DNA of 64,000 nucleotides from Chiloscyllium plagiosum (taxonomy: Eukaryota): the NCBI RefSeq assembly GCF_004010195.1, contig NC_057713.1, positions 113,313,757 to 113,377,756 of the forward strand, read 5' to 3'. A model generated the notes under the pieces. That model searched no databases. It was not told the origin of the DNA and saw nothing but the letters and a program-made list of their open reading frames with translations. Of this stretch, positions 51,615-64,000 are shown in pieces. The position numbers and the translations under genes were made by a program. Every line of letters begins with the position of its first letter. Within the stretch, counting starts at the first letter, position 1.

Positions 51615-52735
51615 AGAGTCATAGAGTCATAAAGATGTACAGCATGGAAACAGACCTTTTGGTCCAACCCGTCCATGCCGACCAGATATCCCAACCCAAT
51701 CTAGNNNNNNNNNNNNNNNNNNNNNNNNNNNNNNNNNNNNNNNNNNNNNNNNNNNNNNNNNNNNNNNNNNNNNNNNNNNNNNNNNNNNNNNNNNNNNNNN
51801 NNNNNNNNNNNNNNNNNNNNNNNNNNNNNNNNNNNNNNNNNNNNNNNNNNNNNNNNNNNNNNNNNNNNNNNNNNNNNNNNNNNNNNNNNNNNNNNNNNNN
51901 NNNNNNNNNNNNNNNNNNNNNNNNNNNNNNNNNNNNNNNNNNNNNNNNNNNNNNNNNNNNNNNNNNNNNNNNNNNNNNNNNNNNNNNNNNNNNNNNNNNN
52001 NNNNNNNNNNNNNNNNNNNNNNNNNNNNNNNNNNNNNNNNNNNNNNNNNNNNNNNNNNNNNNNNNNNNNNNNNNNNNNNNNNNNNNNNNNNNNNNNNNNN
52101 NNNNNNNNNNNNNNNNNNNNNNNNNNNNNNNNNNNNNNNNNNNNNNNNNNNNNNNNNNNNNNNNNNNNNNNNNNNNNNNNNNNNNNNNNNNNNNNNNNNN
52201 NNNNNNNNNNNNNNNNNNNNNNNNNNNNNNNNNNNNNNNNNNNNNNNNNNNNNNNNNNNNNNNNNNNNNNNNNNNNNNNNNNNNNNNNNNNNNNNNNNNN
52301 NNNNNNNNNNNNNNNNNNNNNNNNNNNNNNNNNNNNNNNNNNNNNNNNNNNNNNNNNNNNNNNNNNNNNNNNNNNNNNNNNNNNNNNNNNNNNNNNNNNN
52401 NNNNNNNNNNNNNNNNNNNNNNNNNNNNNNNNNNNNNNNAAAGTAGTGGACCCAGCACCGATCCTTGTGGCACTCCACTGATCACAGGCCTCCAGTCTGA
52501 AAAACAACCCTCCACCACCACCCTCTGTCTTCTACTTTTGAGCCAGTTCTGTATCCAAATGGCTAGTTCTCCCTCTATTCCATGAGATCCAACTTTGCTA
52601 ATCAGTCTCCCATGGGGAACCTTGTCGAACGTCTTACTGAAGCCCATATAGATCACATTTACTGCTCTGCCCTCATCAATCGTCTTTGTTACTTCATCAA
52701 AAAACTCGATCAAGTTTGTGAGAGATGATTTCCCA
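51615..52735 (-). mobile_element. HER1/CR1 3' part, spans a gap
   Basis: [31 protein letters not shown]; tail agagtcatagagtcat. Confidence 0.9.
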
Positions 52736-53344
52736 CTTTGTTTTAAAGCCACAAAGCAATTATGCAATCTTGACTGCTATCTACACCAGCAGTACTTTGA
52801 TGAGACCTGGCATGATAACCATATGTTGAATGGAGTCCATGACGTTCTTTGCACCCTTTCATCATATGCCCTCTGTCTTGGCCAATTCAATGCAAGATCT
52901 CATTGGTGTTCTGCAGCCCCTCACACTGTGATCGATCTTTATACAGTTTTCTTAAAGAAAGCAAATGATATCAAACCTCCATTTATTTTGAAGTCATGGC
53001 TGGCTGTCTGTTGAGTAACTTGATCGAGTGCAGTCTGAGCGAAGTCATCCCCCTGTTGTCTCTGAATGACAAGTTGTACTGCTTGTAATTTTGCGTGGAT
53101 ATCAGGATGATGTTCTTTTAAGCTGCACATTCCAAGTTAACATACTAAAAGATACTTCATGTAGCTGACTCAATCATAAGCGATGGCCCAAGGCAACATG
53201 GAGTGAACAGTTGAAGGATGAAGATCTCAGCTGGCTATCATGTTCTGCTAAATATTTGCTGTTCTACTCCCATATTGATGTAAACCGTATGAGAACTAAG
53301 AACTTATGCTATGAAAGCTATTCTAAATAAGTACATTGTTGTAA

Positions 53345-54989
53345 TGACAAACAAGTATACTTGGGTATTCTCTGAATACTTGGAAGTGTATGGTAAAATA
53401 GGGCAAAATTGGAATGGTTTCACCAAGGGGAAGTCATGCCTGACAAATCTTCTAGAATTCCTTGATGAAGTAATGAGCAGGTTAGACCAAGGAGAGCCAA
53501 AGGATGTTATTAGATTCCTAAGATTAGATTCCCTACAGGGTGGAAACAGGCCCTTTGGCCCAACAAGTCCACACCGACCCTCCGAAAAGTAACCCACCCA
53601 GACCCATTTCCCTCTGACTAATGCACCTAACCGTATGGGCAATTTAGCATGGCCAATTCACCTGATCTGCACATCTTTGGATTGTGGGAGGAAACCAGAG
53701 CACTCAGAGGAAACCCACGCAGTCACGGAGAGAATGTGCAAACTCCACACAGATAATCATCTAAGGCTGGAATCGAACCTGGGACCCTGGTGCTGTGAGG
53801 CAGCAGTGCTAACCATCTGGACATCCAGAAGGCCTTTGACAAGATGTCGCACAGGAGGCTACTGAGTAAGATAAGGGCCCATGGTGTTAGAGGCAAGATG
53901 CTATCATGGATAGAAACTTGGGCTGTTTGGCAGAAAGCAGAGAGTGGGGGTGAAGGTGTCCTTATCAGGGTGGCACCGGTGACTAGTGGTGTCCGCAAGG
54001 CTCAGTGTTGGGACAACAACTTTTCACTTTATACATTAATGATCTAGATGAAGGAACTGAGGGCATTCTGGCTACGTTTGCAGATGATACAAAGATAGCT
54101 AAAGGGACAGGAAGCATTGAGGAGGTGAGGAGGATTTAGACAGGTCAGGAGAGTTGGCAAAGAAGTGGCAGATGGAAAACAATGTGGAAAAGAGTGAAAT
54201 CATGCACTTTGATAGGAAGAATAGAGGCATGGACTATTTTCTAAATGGGTGAAAATTCAGAAGTCAGAAGTGCAAAGAGACTTTTGTGTTCTAGTCTAGG
54301 ATTCTGTTAAGGTAAACTTGTAGGTTAAGTCAGTAGTTAGGAAAGCAAATGCAATGATGACATTTATTTTGAGAGGACCTGAATATAAAAACAGGGACAT
54401 ACTTCTGAGGCTCTATAAGGCTCTGGTCAGACCACATTTGGACTACTGTGTGCAGTTTTGGGCCCCTATCTCAGGAAGAAAAAGCCTTGGAGCTTTTTCA
54501 GAGAAGGTTCATGAGAATGGTCCCAGGAATGAAAAGCCTAACATATGAAGAACGTTTAAGGACTCTGGATCTATAGTCGGTGGAGTTTAGAAGGATGAGG
54601 AGGGATCTAATTGAAACTTACAGAATACTGAATGGCCTGGAGAGGGTAGATGTTTGGAAGATATTTCCATTGGTAGGAGAGATTAGGACCCGAGGGTACA
54701 GCCTTAGAGTAAAGGAAAGACCTTTTAGATTGGAGATATTGAGAAACTTCTTTAGCCAGAGAGTGATGAATCTATGGAATTCACTACCACAGAAGGCTGT
54801 GGAGGCCAGGTCATTGAGTATATTTAAGACTGAGATAAATAGGTTCGTGAGTATCAAGGGGATCAAGGGTTACTGGATGAAAGCAGGAGAATGGGTTGAG
54901 AAACTTATTGGCCATGATTGAATGGCAGAGCAGACTCGATGGGCTGAATGGCCTAACTTCTGCTCCTATATCTTGTGGTCTTATGGTCT
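53345..54989 (+). mobile_element. CR1 3' part (RT to tail) with nested HE1
   Basis: GFTKGKSCLTNLLEF, FADDTK, LYKALVRPHLDYC; tail tcttgtggtcttatggtct. Confidence 0.9.
53510..53815 (-). mobile_element. HE1 SINE nested in CR1
   Basis: tagattcc..ccctacagggtggaaacagg..gcagcagtgctaacca. Confidence 0.85.
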
Positions 54990-55258
54990 AAGTATCTAGT
55001 TGTTCATAATTTATGATATCATCAAAATCATTATGGGGGAAACATGAGATAGATAGGTTCGTGAGTATCAAGGGGATCAAGGGTTACTGGATGAATGCAG
55101 GAGAATGGGTTGAGAAACTTATTGGCCATGATTGAATGGCAGAGCAGACTCGATGTGCTGAATGGCCTAACTTCTGCTCCTATATCTTGTGGTCTTATGG
55201 TCTAAGTATCTAGTTGTTCATAATTTATGATATCATCAAAATCATTATGGGGGAAACA
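54831..55258. repeat. 214-bp tandem duplication of the CR1 3' end plus flank
   Basis: Units 54831-55044 and 55045-55258 differ at 3 positions. Confidence 0.9.
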
Positions 55259-57137
55259 TTCCGAAGTTCAATTACTAGATTTTAAAACAGGTCTTGTTCT
55301 CAATCAGGCCAAAGTGTCAATGTAAGCCTTCCTTTTGAATCCCTGTTGAGCTTCACACAGTCTTGTGAGTTCTAACACTACTGTTGTACAATGGCCTCTT
55401 ACCACATCATTGATAGTACTAGCTGTGACCAGTTTGGATTCAATGACAATATCCTGCAAATCCTGGCTGTGTGAAACTACCCATTTGGAACAATAAGTCT
55501 CAGCTTGAAGAGAGTGTTCCTCCAATGAATCTTCTGGACTTCTGTGTAAATTATCTAGTATATTACTTTGACAATCTCAACCAGTATGAGCTTGTCTGCA
55601 CAATCCACATTTCATGACAAGATTGTGTTCACTCCAGTCTGACGAAGGGTTAGCTGAAACATTAACCCTGCTTTCTCTCTTCACAGTTGCTGCCAGACCT
55701 GCTGAGTTTCCCAGCAATTTCTGTTTTTGGTTTTGATTGTGTTCATTGTATTGTGCTCAGTTGGGATGGTATCTATGACTGGGATGTAGCAAGTCATGCA
55801 ATTTCCCCATGTTTTATAAAACTCATTTGTGCAATATGATCATTTTTTTGAAGATGGAAGCATTAATTTGTATGATGCTTGGTCTCAGAGCAAATAATAG
55901 TACAAACGTAAACTACTGCCATGGAAATGCATTGCTTTAAGAATGGGCTCATGGTCTATTTGAATCTGCTCAGAACGTCTTGGAGTACTGGTCTTCCTTA
56001 ACAATAGATTTCCAGACTATAGGAATTACAGTAAATTGGAATATTTTGAAAGAAAGAATGCAGAAAATCTAAAACTTTCTTGCCTGTTTCCTAATTTGTT
56101 CCACGTCCTGCTGAGCCATGAACCTTGACCTACATTAGTTCCCAGTTCAGTGACACACCAATTGTAAACTCCTATCCTTGTTTTCAAATCTTAATGGTTT
56201 TAAATTTCCCTATCCAAGTTACCTCCTCCAGCTCCATAACAGTCCAAGATCTCTGCCCACCAGCAATTTTGGATTCTTGCACATCCATGTTTTTTTTTTC
56301 TTCATTCTTGATGACAGTGACTTTAGCTGTCAAGAACCTAAACTCTGGAATGTGCTTCCTAAACATCCTTGCCTTGCCATCTCTCTTTCATCCTTTAAGG
56401 CCCTCCTTTAAACCTTTACTTTTTGACCAAGCTTTTTTGTCCACCTGTTCTAATAGCATTCTGTGTCCAATTAAAATTAATATCTATTCTTGTGAAGTGC
56501 TTTAAGGTGTTTTAACATGTTATGGCTGTGATATTAATGCAAACTGTCGCTGTTAATTTTGGCAATGCGAACCAAAACCCCTTTTTGAATGGAGATACTG
56601 AGGATAATAGACAATTCCAATGTTGCAGGGCAATGCCATGTTTGCAAAAGAATATCCAAGTATCAGAAATGTTTGAAGTAATGCTGTGCTTGAATTTAAA
56701 CCTCTGATTTTCAGGAATAAGAGTTGGAAAATGCCATGGTTGAAAATTGCAGTTGAAGCACTCAAAACACTGAACTATCAGCAATATGATAGTTGTACTT
56801 TTGATAACTGAAAAGTTATCTGCAGGTAATTAATTAATTTGGATACTTTAAAAAGACCTTTTAATGAAGTAGGGGGTGGTTAAGCTCATGAAACTTTAAC
56901 TTTAATAGAAGTAATATTGAGAATACTTTTGCTAGCATCTTTTTGGTTTTATTGCTTTGACTAAACAATTTATTAATTCAGCATCTTATGCCAATAAATA
57001 ACTCTTTGAGTCCATTGCAGTTCTCATGTCAACACTGGGTACCGATGAAAATAATTTGTCAAAGCATTGTCTTTGAATAACCTACCTTTCAATTATTCAT
57101 GGGAATTCTTTTGTTCCACTGCTACTCCCATTATTCT

Positions 57138-57345
57138 ATCAGCTCAAGTGGTTGAACAGCCAGTTTGTGATACAGAGTACTATGAATAGCATGGGCTCAG
57201 TTCCTGCACCATCTGAAGTTACCATGAAGGACTCTTCTTCTCAACCTCTCCCCTTCCCTGAGGTGAAACCACCACCAGCTTTCCTCTCTAATCAGAGAGC
57301 AGCTGTATGACCTCGTAGGACTACAGTGACATTATCTTTACCCTC
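57138..57345 (+). mobile_element. tRNA-derived SINE (additional family)
   Basis: A-box-like agctcaagtggttgaac and B-box-like ggctcagttcc. Confidence 0.45.
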
Positions 57346-58244
57346 ATTATTACCTTTAAAACAAAAGAAGTGTTGTACTAAGCCTTGTATTACTTGTAGT
57401 AATGTTTTTAACTTGTGGATGAAGAGTCATCTTTTATTTAATAATACAAGTGGATTTCTAAACACTGTTTCATGCTCGCTAAAATTCAAAGGCCACTGAT
57501 TTGATCAACAGGATCCGAAGGAGAGCATTCAGTGCAAAGTTTCACAATTGCGGATCCATACTTTTTAAATTCCAACGCCACCTTGAACGGAGAGTGATAA
57601 TTCATAATTACATTTGAAGCCATTTACACAATGTGGCTCAAAGCATCGAGTTTCTACATCACATTGGTAAAACTCTCAGACCCATAAAACTGGGAGGATA
57701 GTGATAGAATTCAGTAATACATTAGCTGGTGGAATTTAATGCAGAAACGTGGTGCATTTTGGTATGAATGATAACAGGCAGTATAAGGAACATAATTGTA
57801 ATGGATGCTAGAATAGAGACGTCCATGCTAAAATTGTTGAATGGAGCAGGGAAGGTTGAGAAACAGTAAAAATGTCACATAGGATCATGGCCATGATTTT
57901 CCCCTCCCTTGAGAGGTGGTGAGAAGGGGAATTAAGTTAACTCTCGAGAGAAACACATGCTTTTCTCTCTGCCTCAGCTATTAAAGACGAGATGAGATGG
58001 TCAAGAGGTGCCTTTCTCAATTCGCCAGCAGTTTTGCATGGTCAATTATTAGCCACTTAAGAGCTTAAAGTCACCACCTTCCCAGTCACCCATGTCTACA
58101 GTGGTTGAAAAAGATGGCTTATTTCTGAAATGGGAAACAATGATCCATAAGGAGATTTGATAGAAGTGTTCAAAATTGAGACTCCAGACCTAAATGATGG
58201 AGAGTAACTGTTCCTATTAAGGAAAGAACCAGAAGTGACCAAGT

Positions 58245-58559
58245 AGATTAGATTAGATTACTTACAGTGTGGAAACAGGCCCTTCGGCCCAACAAGTCCA
58301 CACCGCCCCACCGAAGTGCAACCCACCCATACCCCTACATCTACCCCTTACCTAACACTACGGGCAATTTAGCATGGCCAATTCACCTGACCTGCACATC
58401 TTTGGACTGTGGGAGGAAACCGGAGCACCCGGAGGAAACCCACGCAGACACGAGGAGAATGTGCAAACTCCACACAGTCAGTCGCCTGAGGCGGGAATTG
58501 AACCTGGGTCTCTGGCGCTGTGAGGCAGCAGTGCTAACCACTGTGCCACCGTGCCGCCC
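58245..58559 (-). mobile_element. Young full-length HE1 SINE
   Basis: (AGATT)n tail and intact head gggcggcacggtggcacagtggttagcactgctgcctcacagc. Confidence 0.9.
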
Positions 58560-60384
58560 AATTTAGGGTTTTAGGCAAAAGAACCAATAATGAGTTAAAA
58601 CTTTTAAATACAGCAAGTGTTTGAATTTAGAACAGACTGAATGTGTGATGGAAGTAGATACATAAAGGCTCCCAGATAGGAATTCATTGGATAAGCATCT
58701 GGATAGAGAAAAATAAGTTATAACTGGCATGTGGGACGAGTTTAGCTTGGGATTATATTCAGCATGGACTGGTTGGACTGAAGGGTATTTTCTGTGCTGT
58801 AAGACACTATAATACACACCTTTAAATATGAGGGAATTGTTATAAGGTTGCCTAAAAAGCAAAGATGTGCAATCCAAAAGGACTTGTGAGTCTTTGATCA
58901 TAAGTAACTGAAAGTTAGCATGCAGGTGCAACAAGCAATGAAGGAGAAACATTCTATGTAAGCCTACATATTGCAAGAGGATGTGAGTGCAGGAGTAAAA
59001 CAGTCTTGTTGTACCTGGAGTATTTTAGCTCCTTTTTCAGGAAGGTTATACTTGCCATAGAGAGGTTGCAATGAAGGTTCACCAGACTGATCCATGGAAT
59101 GGCAGGATGGTCCTGTAAAAGGAGACTGAGAAATCTGGGCTGTGTCCTCCAGAATTTAATTGAATGAAGGATGATCTCACTGAAGCACACAAAATTCTTA
59201 TGGGGCTGAACAAGGTAAATAAATGCAGGATGTTTCATCTTTTTGGGTGGGATGGGGGAAGCAGAGAAACAGGGAATATAGTTTTTGATTAAAAGGTAGG
59301 CCTTTAGGACTGAGATGGTGAGGAATTTCTTCACCAGATTCATGATTCTTTGGAATTCTCTAATCCAGAGAGTGGTGGAAGCTCAGTTTCTGAGGATGTT
59401 CAATCTACATTTCTAATTATTAAATATATTGAGGATAGCAAGACTGGGAGAAAATGGAATTGTGGAACAGCATCCATGATCGAGTTGATTGGCTGAGCTA
59501 GCTCAAAAGGTGAAATATGCTAGAGTCGTAGGGTCATACAGTATGGAAATAAATCCTTCGTTCTAATCACTCCATGCCGATCATAAACAAGTCCCATGTG
59601 TCTGCGATTGGCCCATATCCCTCCAAATATTTCCTATTCACGTACTTATCCTAATGTCTCTTAAACATAGTAACCTACGAACCACCACTTCCTCTAGGAG
59701 TTCATTCCACACATGAACCACTCTCTATTGTGCCCCATGTCTTTTTTAAATCTTTCTCCTCTCACTTTAAAAATATGCCCCTTAGTCTTGATATCCCAGT
59801 TCTAGCTTTTTTTATTTTTTTTATTGAAGTACCAACTGGGTTACTGATCTTGTGTCCATGAAATATTGGGATGGGACTTCATAAGATAACTAATGGCCTT
59901 CAGGGAAGGAAACCGCCATCCTTACCTGGTCTGGCCTGTATGTGATCTGAGAACCACAGCATTGTGAATGACTCTTAACTTCCCTCTGAGCTTTTAGGGA
60001 CGGGCAATAAATATTGGTCTAACCAGTGACAGCCACATCCTGTGAATGAATAATAAAAAGAAAGGAAAGTGATTTTATGAAGCATTAAGCTGAGATATTC
60101 ACCCTATAGGGATTGGACTGAATGAAGTCGATATTAAAGCTGAAGATTAAACCATGAAAATATTTCTACAAAGTTAGTAGAAGCCTTTTGTACATGCAAC
60201 AGATTTCAGTCAATAATTCAATTCGCAACCTCTTTGACAATTATTTTAATTGACAATTTCAATCCCTCAAATATGAGAATATATATGACAAATATTAGTT
60301 AGAAATATTATTTGACAAAATATTTATTTTCATTACTAGTCATTCTCAAAATCCTCAGAATAAAAAGCTATTTCCATATTAACT

Positions 60385-60880
60385 TAAAGTCATGGAGTCA
60401 TAGAGATGTACAGCACAGAAAGAGAACCTTCAGTCCAACTTGTCCATGCCAACCAGATATCCTACAATAATTGAGACCTACTTGCCAGCACTTGGTCCTT
60501 ATCCCTCTAAACTCTTCCTATTCATATACCCAACCAGATGCCTGTAATTTTACCAGAATCCATAACTTCCTCTGGCAGCTCATTCCTTACATGCACCACG
60601 CTCTGCGTGAAGAAAGTCGGCCCTCAGGCCCCTTTTAAATCTTTTCCCTCTCACCCTAAACCTATGTTCTCTAGCTCTGGACTCCCATACGCCATGTCTC
60701 CTTACCCTATCCATGCCCCTCATGATTTTATAAACCTCCAGGGAAAACAGGCCCAGCTTATTCAGCATCTCCCTTTGGCTCACACCCTCCAACCCTGGCA
60801 ACATCCTTGTAAATCTTTTCTGAACCCTTTCATGTGTCACAACTTCCTTCCTATAGGAGAGAGACCAGAACTGCACACTT
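60385..60880 (-). mobile_element. HER1/CR1 3' fragment
   Basis: ERVQKRFTRMLPGLE; tail agtcatggagtcatagag. Confidence 0.8.
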
Positions 60881-63184
60881 GCAGTTTTTGTCCATGCTCA
60901 GATTATTCCATCATCAGTGCCTAAAGCAATATGAGTAGCATCAGTGTCTACACTTTTAGTGTCACACTCTGCATTTTCAGTTTGTCATGATAGTCTACAT
61001 TAGAAATTCTTTTTTACTCAGCAATTTCCAATGCCAGTGATCCTACTCAGCTCTTACATCTTCAGATGCTTTTTATATGCCGTTCAATTAGACACAAATT
61101 GTTTAATGGAAAACATAGTTGATTTGGTAGTAGCATTCAATAGATGAAAAGTACCATGGGTGATTTGCTGGTGGGAAAAATAATCATTCAGTTATGCATG
61201 GGAGTATTTCTAGATTTTAAGAAAAAAGATTTTATTTAGTTATTCCCATAAGAACATGCATTGGGTCAGGTAGCTTACTTAAAGTTGGCAAATAGGCATA
61301 ACCATTTGTGCAAGGAGGTTCTTTTTTGTAGCACAATATTTATACATTTCTGATAGGCTGCCAGTATTATAGTCTGAGTCTGCTTCATAATTATGATGAA
61401 CATCGTAGACGAAAGCTCCCGGTCACTTGCAGCAATGGTTCTTCCTGCATTCTGTTGCTCTGTGTGAATTTCTTGTTTTTTTATTGCCTCATCTTTCCCT
61501 TCTTAAATTGCTACATATGCGCTGTGACTGTGTTTTGCCTGTTTGCTTCAGCTTTTTCATTTTGCCTGGCTATGTGCTGCCCGTTACTTACCCGTTCCAA
61601 GAAATAATGTGTATTGTCTCAGAACATAGCCTGAAACGAACAAAATATGAAGAAAAATACACAGGAAAGCAAGTCTTGCGTTTATGACGTAAAGTTACCA
61701 CACCCTTCTTGGATGCAAAAATGCTCTGATGGAAATCCACCTAACAGTCGATGTGGTTAGATGTCGGCTCTCCTACAACTTGCTCTTTCTCCAAAGATAT
61801 CGTTAACAAAGTTTGGTTAAGATGAGCCTAAGGACCTCAGTGGATTTTGCCAAAGCGACAGACTGATATTTTGCTTTCATATGTGGATCATTGTATCTAA
61901 ATGATACATTTCAATTAAATGTCTGAGTAATACCCTCTAATAAACGTATTTTGATGCTTTATTTAATTGAAGTCTGGTTTTAATGTTTCTAATATTGCAC
62001 CTTTTTTGTCTCCTAAGGCACATCTTTTTACTTTCTTTTGTCAGATACACTCCAATTTAATCCCATTTGATGTAGGACATTGTAAATTTAAATGGCCAGC
62101 ATCTATTCCAGTGTGATAACTGTTAAACAGTGTGAATACATATTAAATATATATATATATAATCTAAGCTCTTATTTGTTCTCAATATATGAAACTCTAA
62201 ACTCCTGCACTGATTAACTAAATATGGCTATAACCTGAAGGGTTTAAGAGCAGGCACTGCTGATTACTAAAGATATTCAAAAATATTAACAAAATTTAAT
62301 TATTTTAAATTAGAATTAAAAATTGCAGCAGTTTTCTTTTCCCTATGACATTCAATTAGACCTCCAAAGGGAAACTTCTATTTTCTGGCAGGGCTGCATT
62401 CAAAATAAATTCAAAACTTGCATCCCCATTCTAAGTGATTAACAACTTAACAGTAATCTCGGTTTGTTCAATACATCACATCAGTTGTACGACACTTTGA
62501 TCTTTTACTAAAAATTCTGTGTTCTATGATCCTGCCCCACTAGCTACCTGATAAAGCTCTTGTACATTCAGATAAAACTGTTGGACTATAACCTGGTGTT
62601 GTGTGATTTTTAACTTCAAAATAAAAAGTAGTTCTACAATTAAGAAGAGGATCCACTGGCATTTCACTGCTACCTGCTGGTAACAATGATATATTGCAGT
62701 TACAACTCACCCTACTCAAAATATTAATTTGAGAGCTGGAATTTAATATTTAACAAAGATCATTATGTTCTCAAATTATGATGTATTTTCTATTTAAATA
62801 TCAGAAAATCTAGTTACGCTTTATTCTGAGGAAGTATGCTGGAATTAAAATGTCAGAATCTCTTAACCGTTACTATATCACCTGCTGAACATTTCCAGAT
62901 GTTTTTCTCCAGTATCTTAACTTTTAGGTACTGACTTCTTTCTATTCTGTACTCAGATTAAATATCACTGATATTTCCACTTTGTCAGGAAGCCATTTGC
63001 TGATGAGAGTGCTGCTATTTCTCCAAAAATGTTTGTGCTGAGGCAAAATTAAAACATTTATTTATTTATGGCAATCTGTTTGCTCAATATTTTTGACTTT
63101 TTGGACTTTGGTCTCTGAATGATAATATTGCTGATGAAATAGGCAAATTCTTGTAAGCTGGTTTGAGATTCTTGTTTCTAAGTA

Positions 63185-63555
63185 AAAGGAATTTGGGTTC
63201 AGATTCTATTCGATGAGAGTTGAATGTTGACACAAGTGCAGAACTGAGTGAGTGCTGTGTTGTCTCGTTGATCTAAAGCCCCACCTTCTTGTTTAGACAG
63301 GTGTAAAAGATTGCATGGTACTCTTTAAAGTAGAGCACAGAATTGCATTAGCTGATATTTATCTGTCAAGTAATATCCTTTGAAAGTCTCATTTAATTTC
63401 AATCTCATTGAGTGTCTCATTTACTTTGCATAAATTATCTGCAACATTATCTAAATTAAAAAAAATACTACACTTCAAAAGTACTTACTTTGCTGTAAAA
63501 TGTTTTGGGATGTCCTGAGCTTATAAAAGTCATTATAAATGCAAGTTAATTTTTT
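63185..63555 (+). mobile_element. Deu-domain SINE (SacSINE1-like)
   Basis: Tail actacacttcaaaagtacttactttgctgtaaaatgttttgggatgtcctgag...ataaatgcaag. Confidence 0.65.
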
Positions 63556-64000
63556 ATAGTTTCCATGGATCGGTAATGAAGTAAAATAGATTTCTTAAAA
63601 CATTTATAACTGAAGACAAAATTGCAGTAAATAAATGTGGAGATTTTATAGTTTATATAGGTAAAATCAAGGTTACTAAATATGTTAGACTTGTCTACAA
63701 GAAATATTGGTTTCCAAAATTATTAACATTATAATCTTTAGTAAGAGGTGGATTTTTTCTTGTAATCAAATATGCAAACTCAGAAAAAGAAAGATCAATC
63801 TTTTTATTATCAACGTTAATAGTGATAGTCCATGAGGAAGAAACATATAAACAAATTAAGGAAATGAAGAGCACCCATAGAAAGAACAACTATAGGGGTT
63901 ATCAATTACCATTAATATAATGGAACAAAAAAAGGTGACCAGGATAGGGAATAGAGTTCCTTTAATGCGTAAGGACTCCTTCAAACCCAATAAGTGAGAA

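Larger units (their letters stand above)
50990..55620 (-). mobile_element. Fossil Academ-type DNA transposase, split by two CR1 insertions
   Basis: DLQDIVIESKLV..TINDVVRGH/YNSSVRTHK (~55330-55470); MLPWAIAYD*VSYMKYL..GMCSLKEHHPDIHAK..VIQR..FAQTALDQVTQQTASHDFKINGGL (52940-53200), matching Academ transposase motifs as I recall them. Confidence 0.6.

Noticed and set aside
51619-52767. Long ORFs of 268-382 aa (also 18112-18915 and 44473-44963)
   Set aside because: Inflated by N-gaps; the real parts are CR1 or PLE fragments.

Overview
Repeat-rich vertebrate genomic DNA, almost certainly a shark (HE1-type SINEs with (AGATT)n tails, HER1/CR1 LINEs and Deu-domain SINEs; a bamboo-shark-like draft assembly is an inference). 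There are three N-gaps. The only host gene I can support is a two-coding-exon AARD/FAM167-family gene on the minus strand (41997-41794 joined to 38241-38017, 142 aa). The rest is mostly CR1, L2, Rex1 and CR1/L2-group LINE fragments, tRNA-SINEs, a probable Academ DNA-transposon fossil, and many Penelope-like element (PLE) derivatives. The most notable structure is a set of at least three PLE pseudo-LTR families carrying minimal hammerhead-ribozyme cores (CTGANGA-stemII-GAAA plus a palindromic ACGT/AGCT). These occur as short palindromic mini-elements with 10-18 bp target duplications. One of them, inside the AARD intron, encloses a ~1.13 kb copy of the DNA upstream of AARD between two inverted ribozyme arms. 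Four hammerhead cores lie on the AARD sense strand within that one intron. Other notable points are a short telomeric insertion and a 155-bp inverted templated insertion inside one CR1 copy. All family assignments come from motif recognition by eye, not database searches, and most repeat boundaries are approximate.
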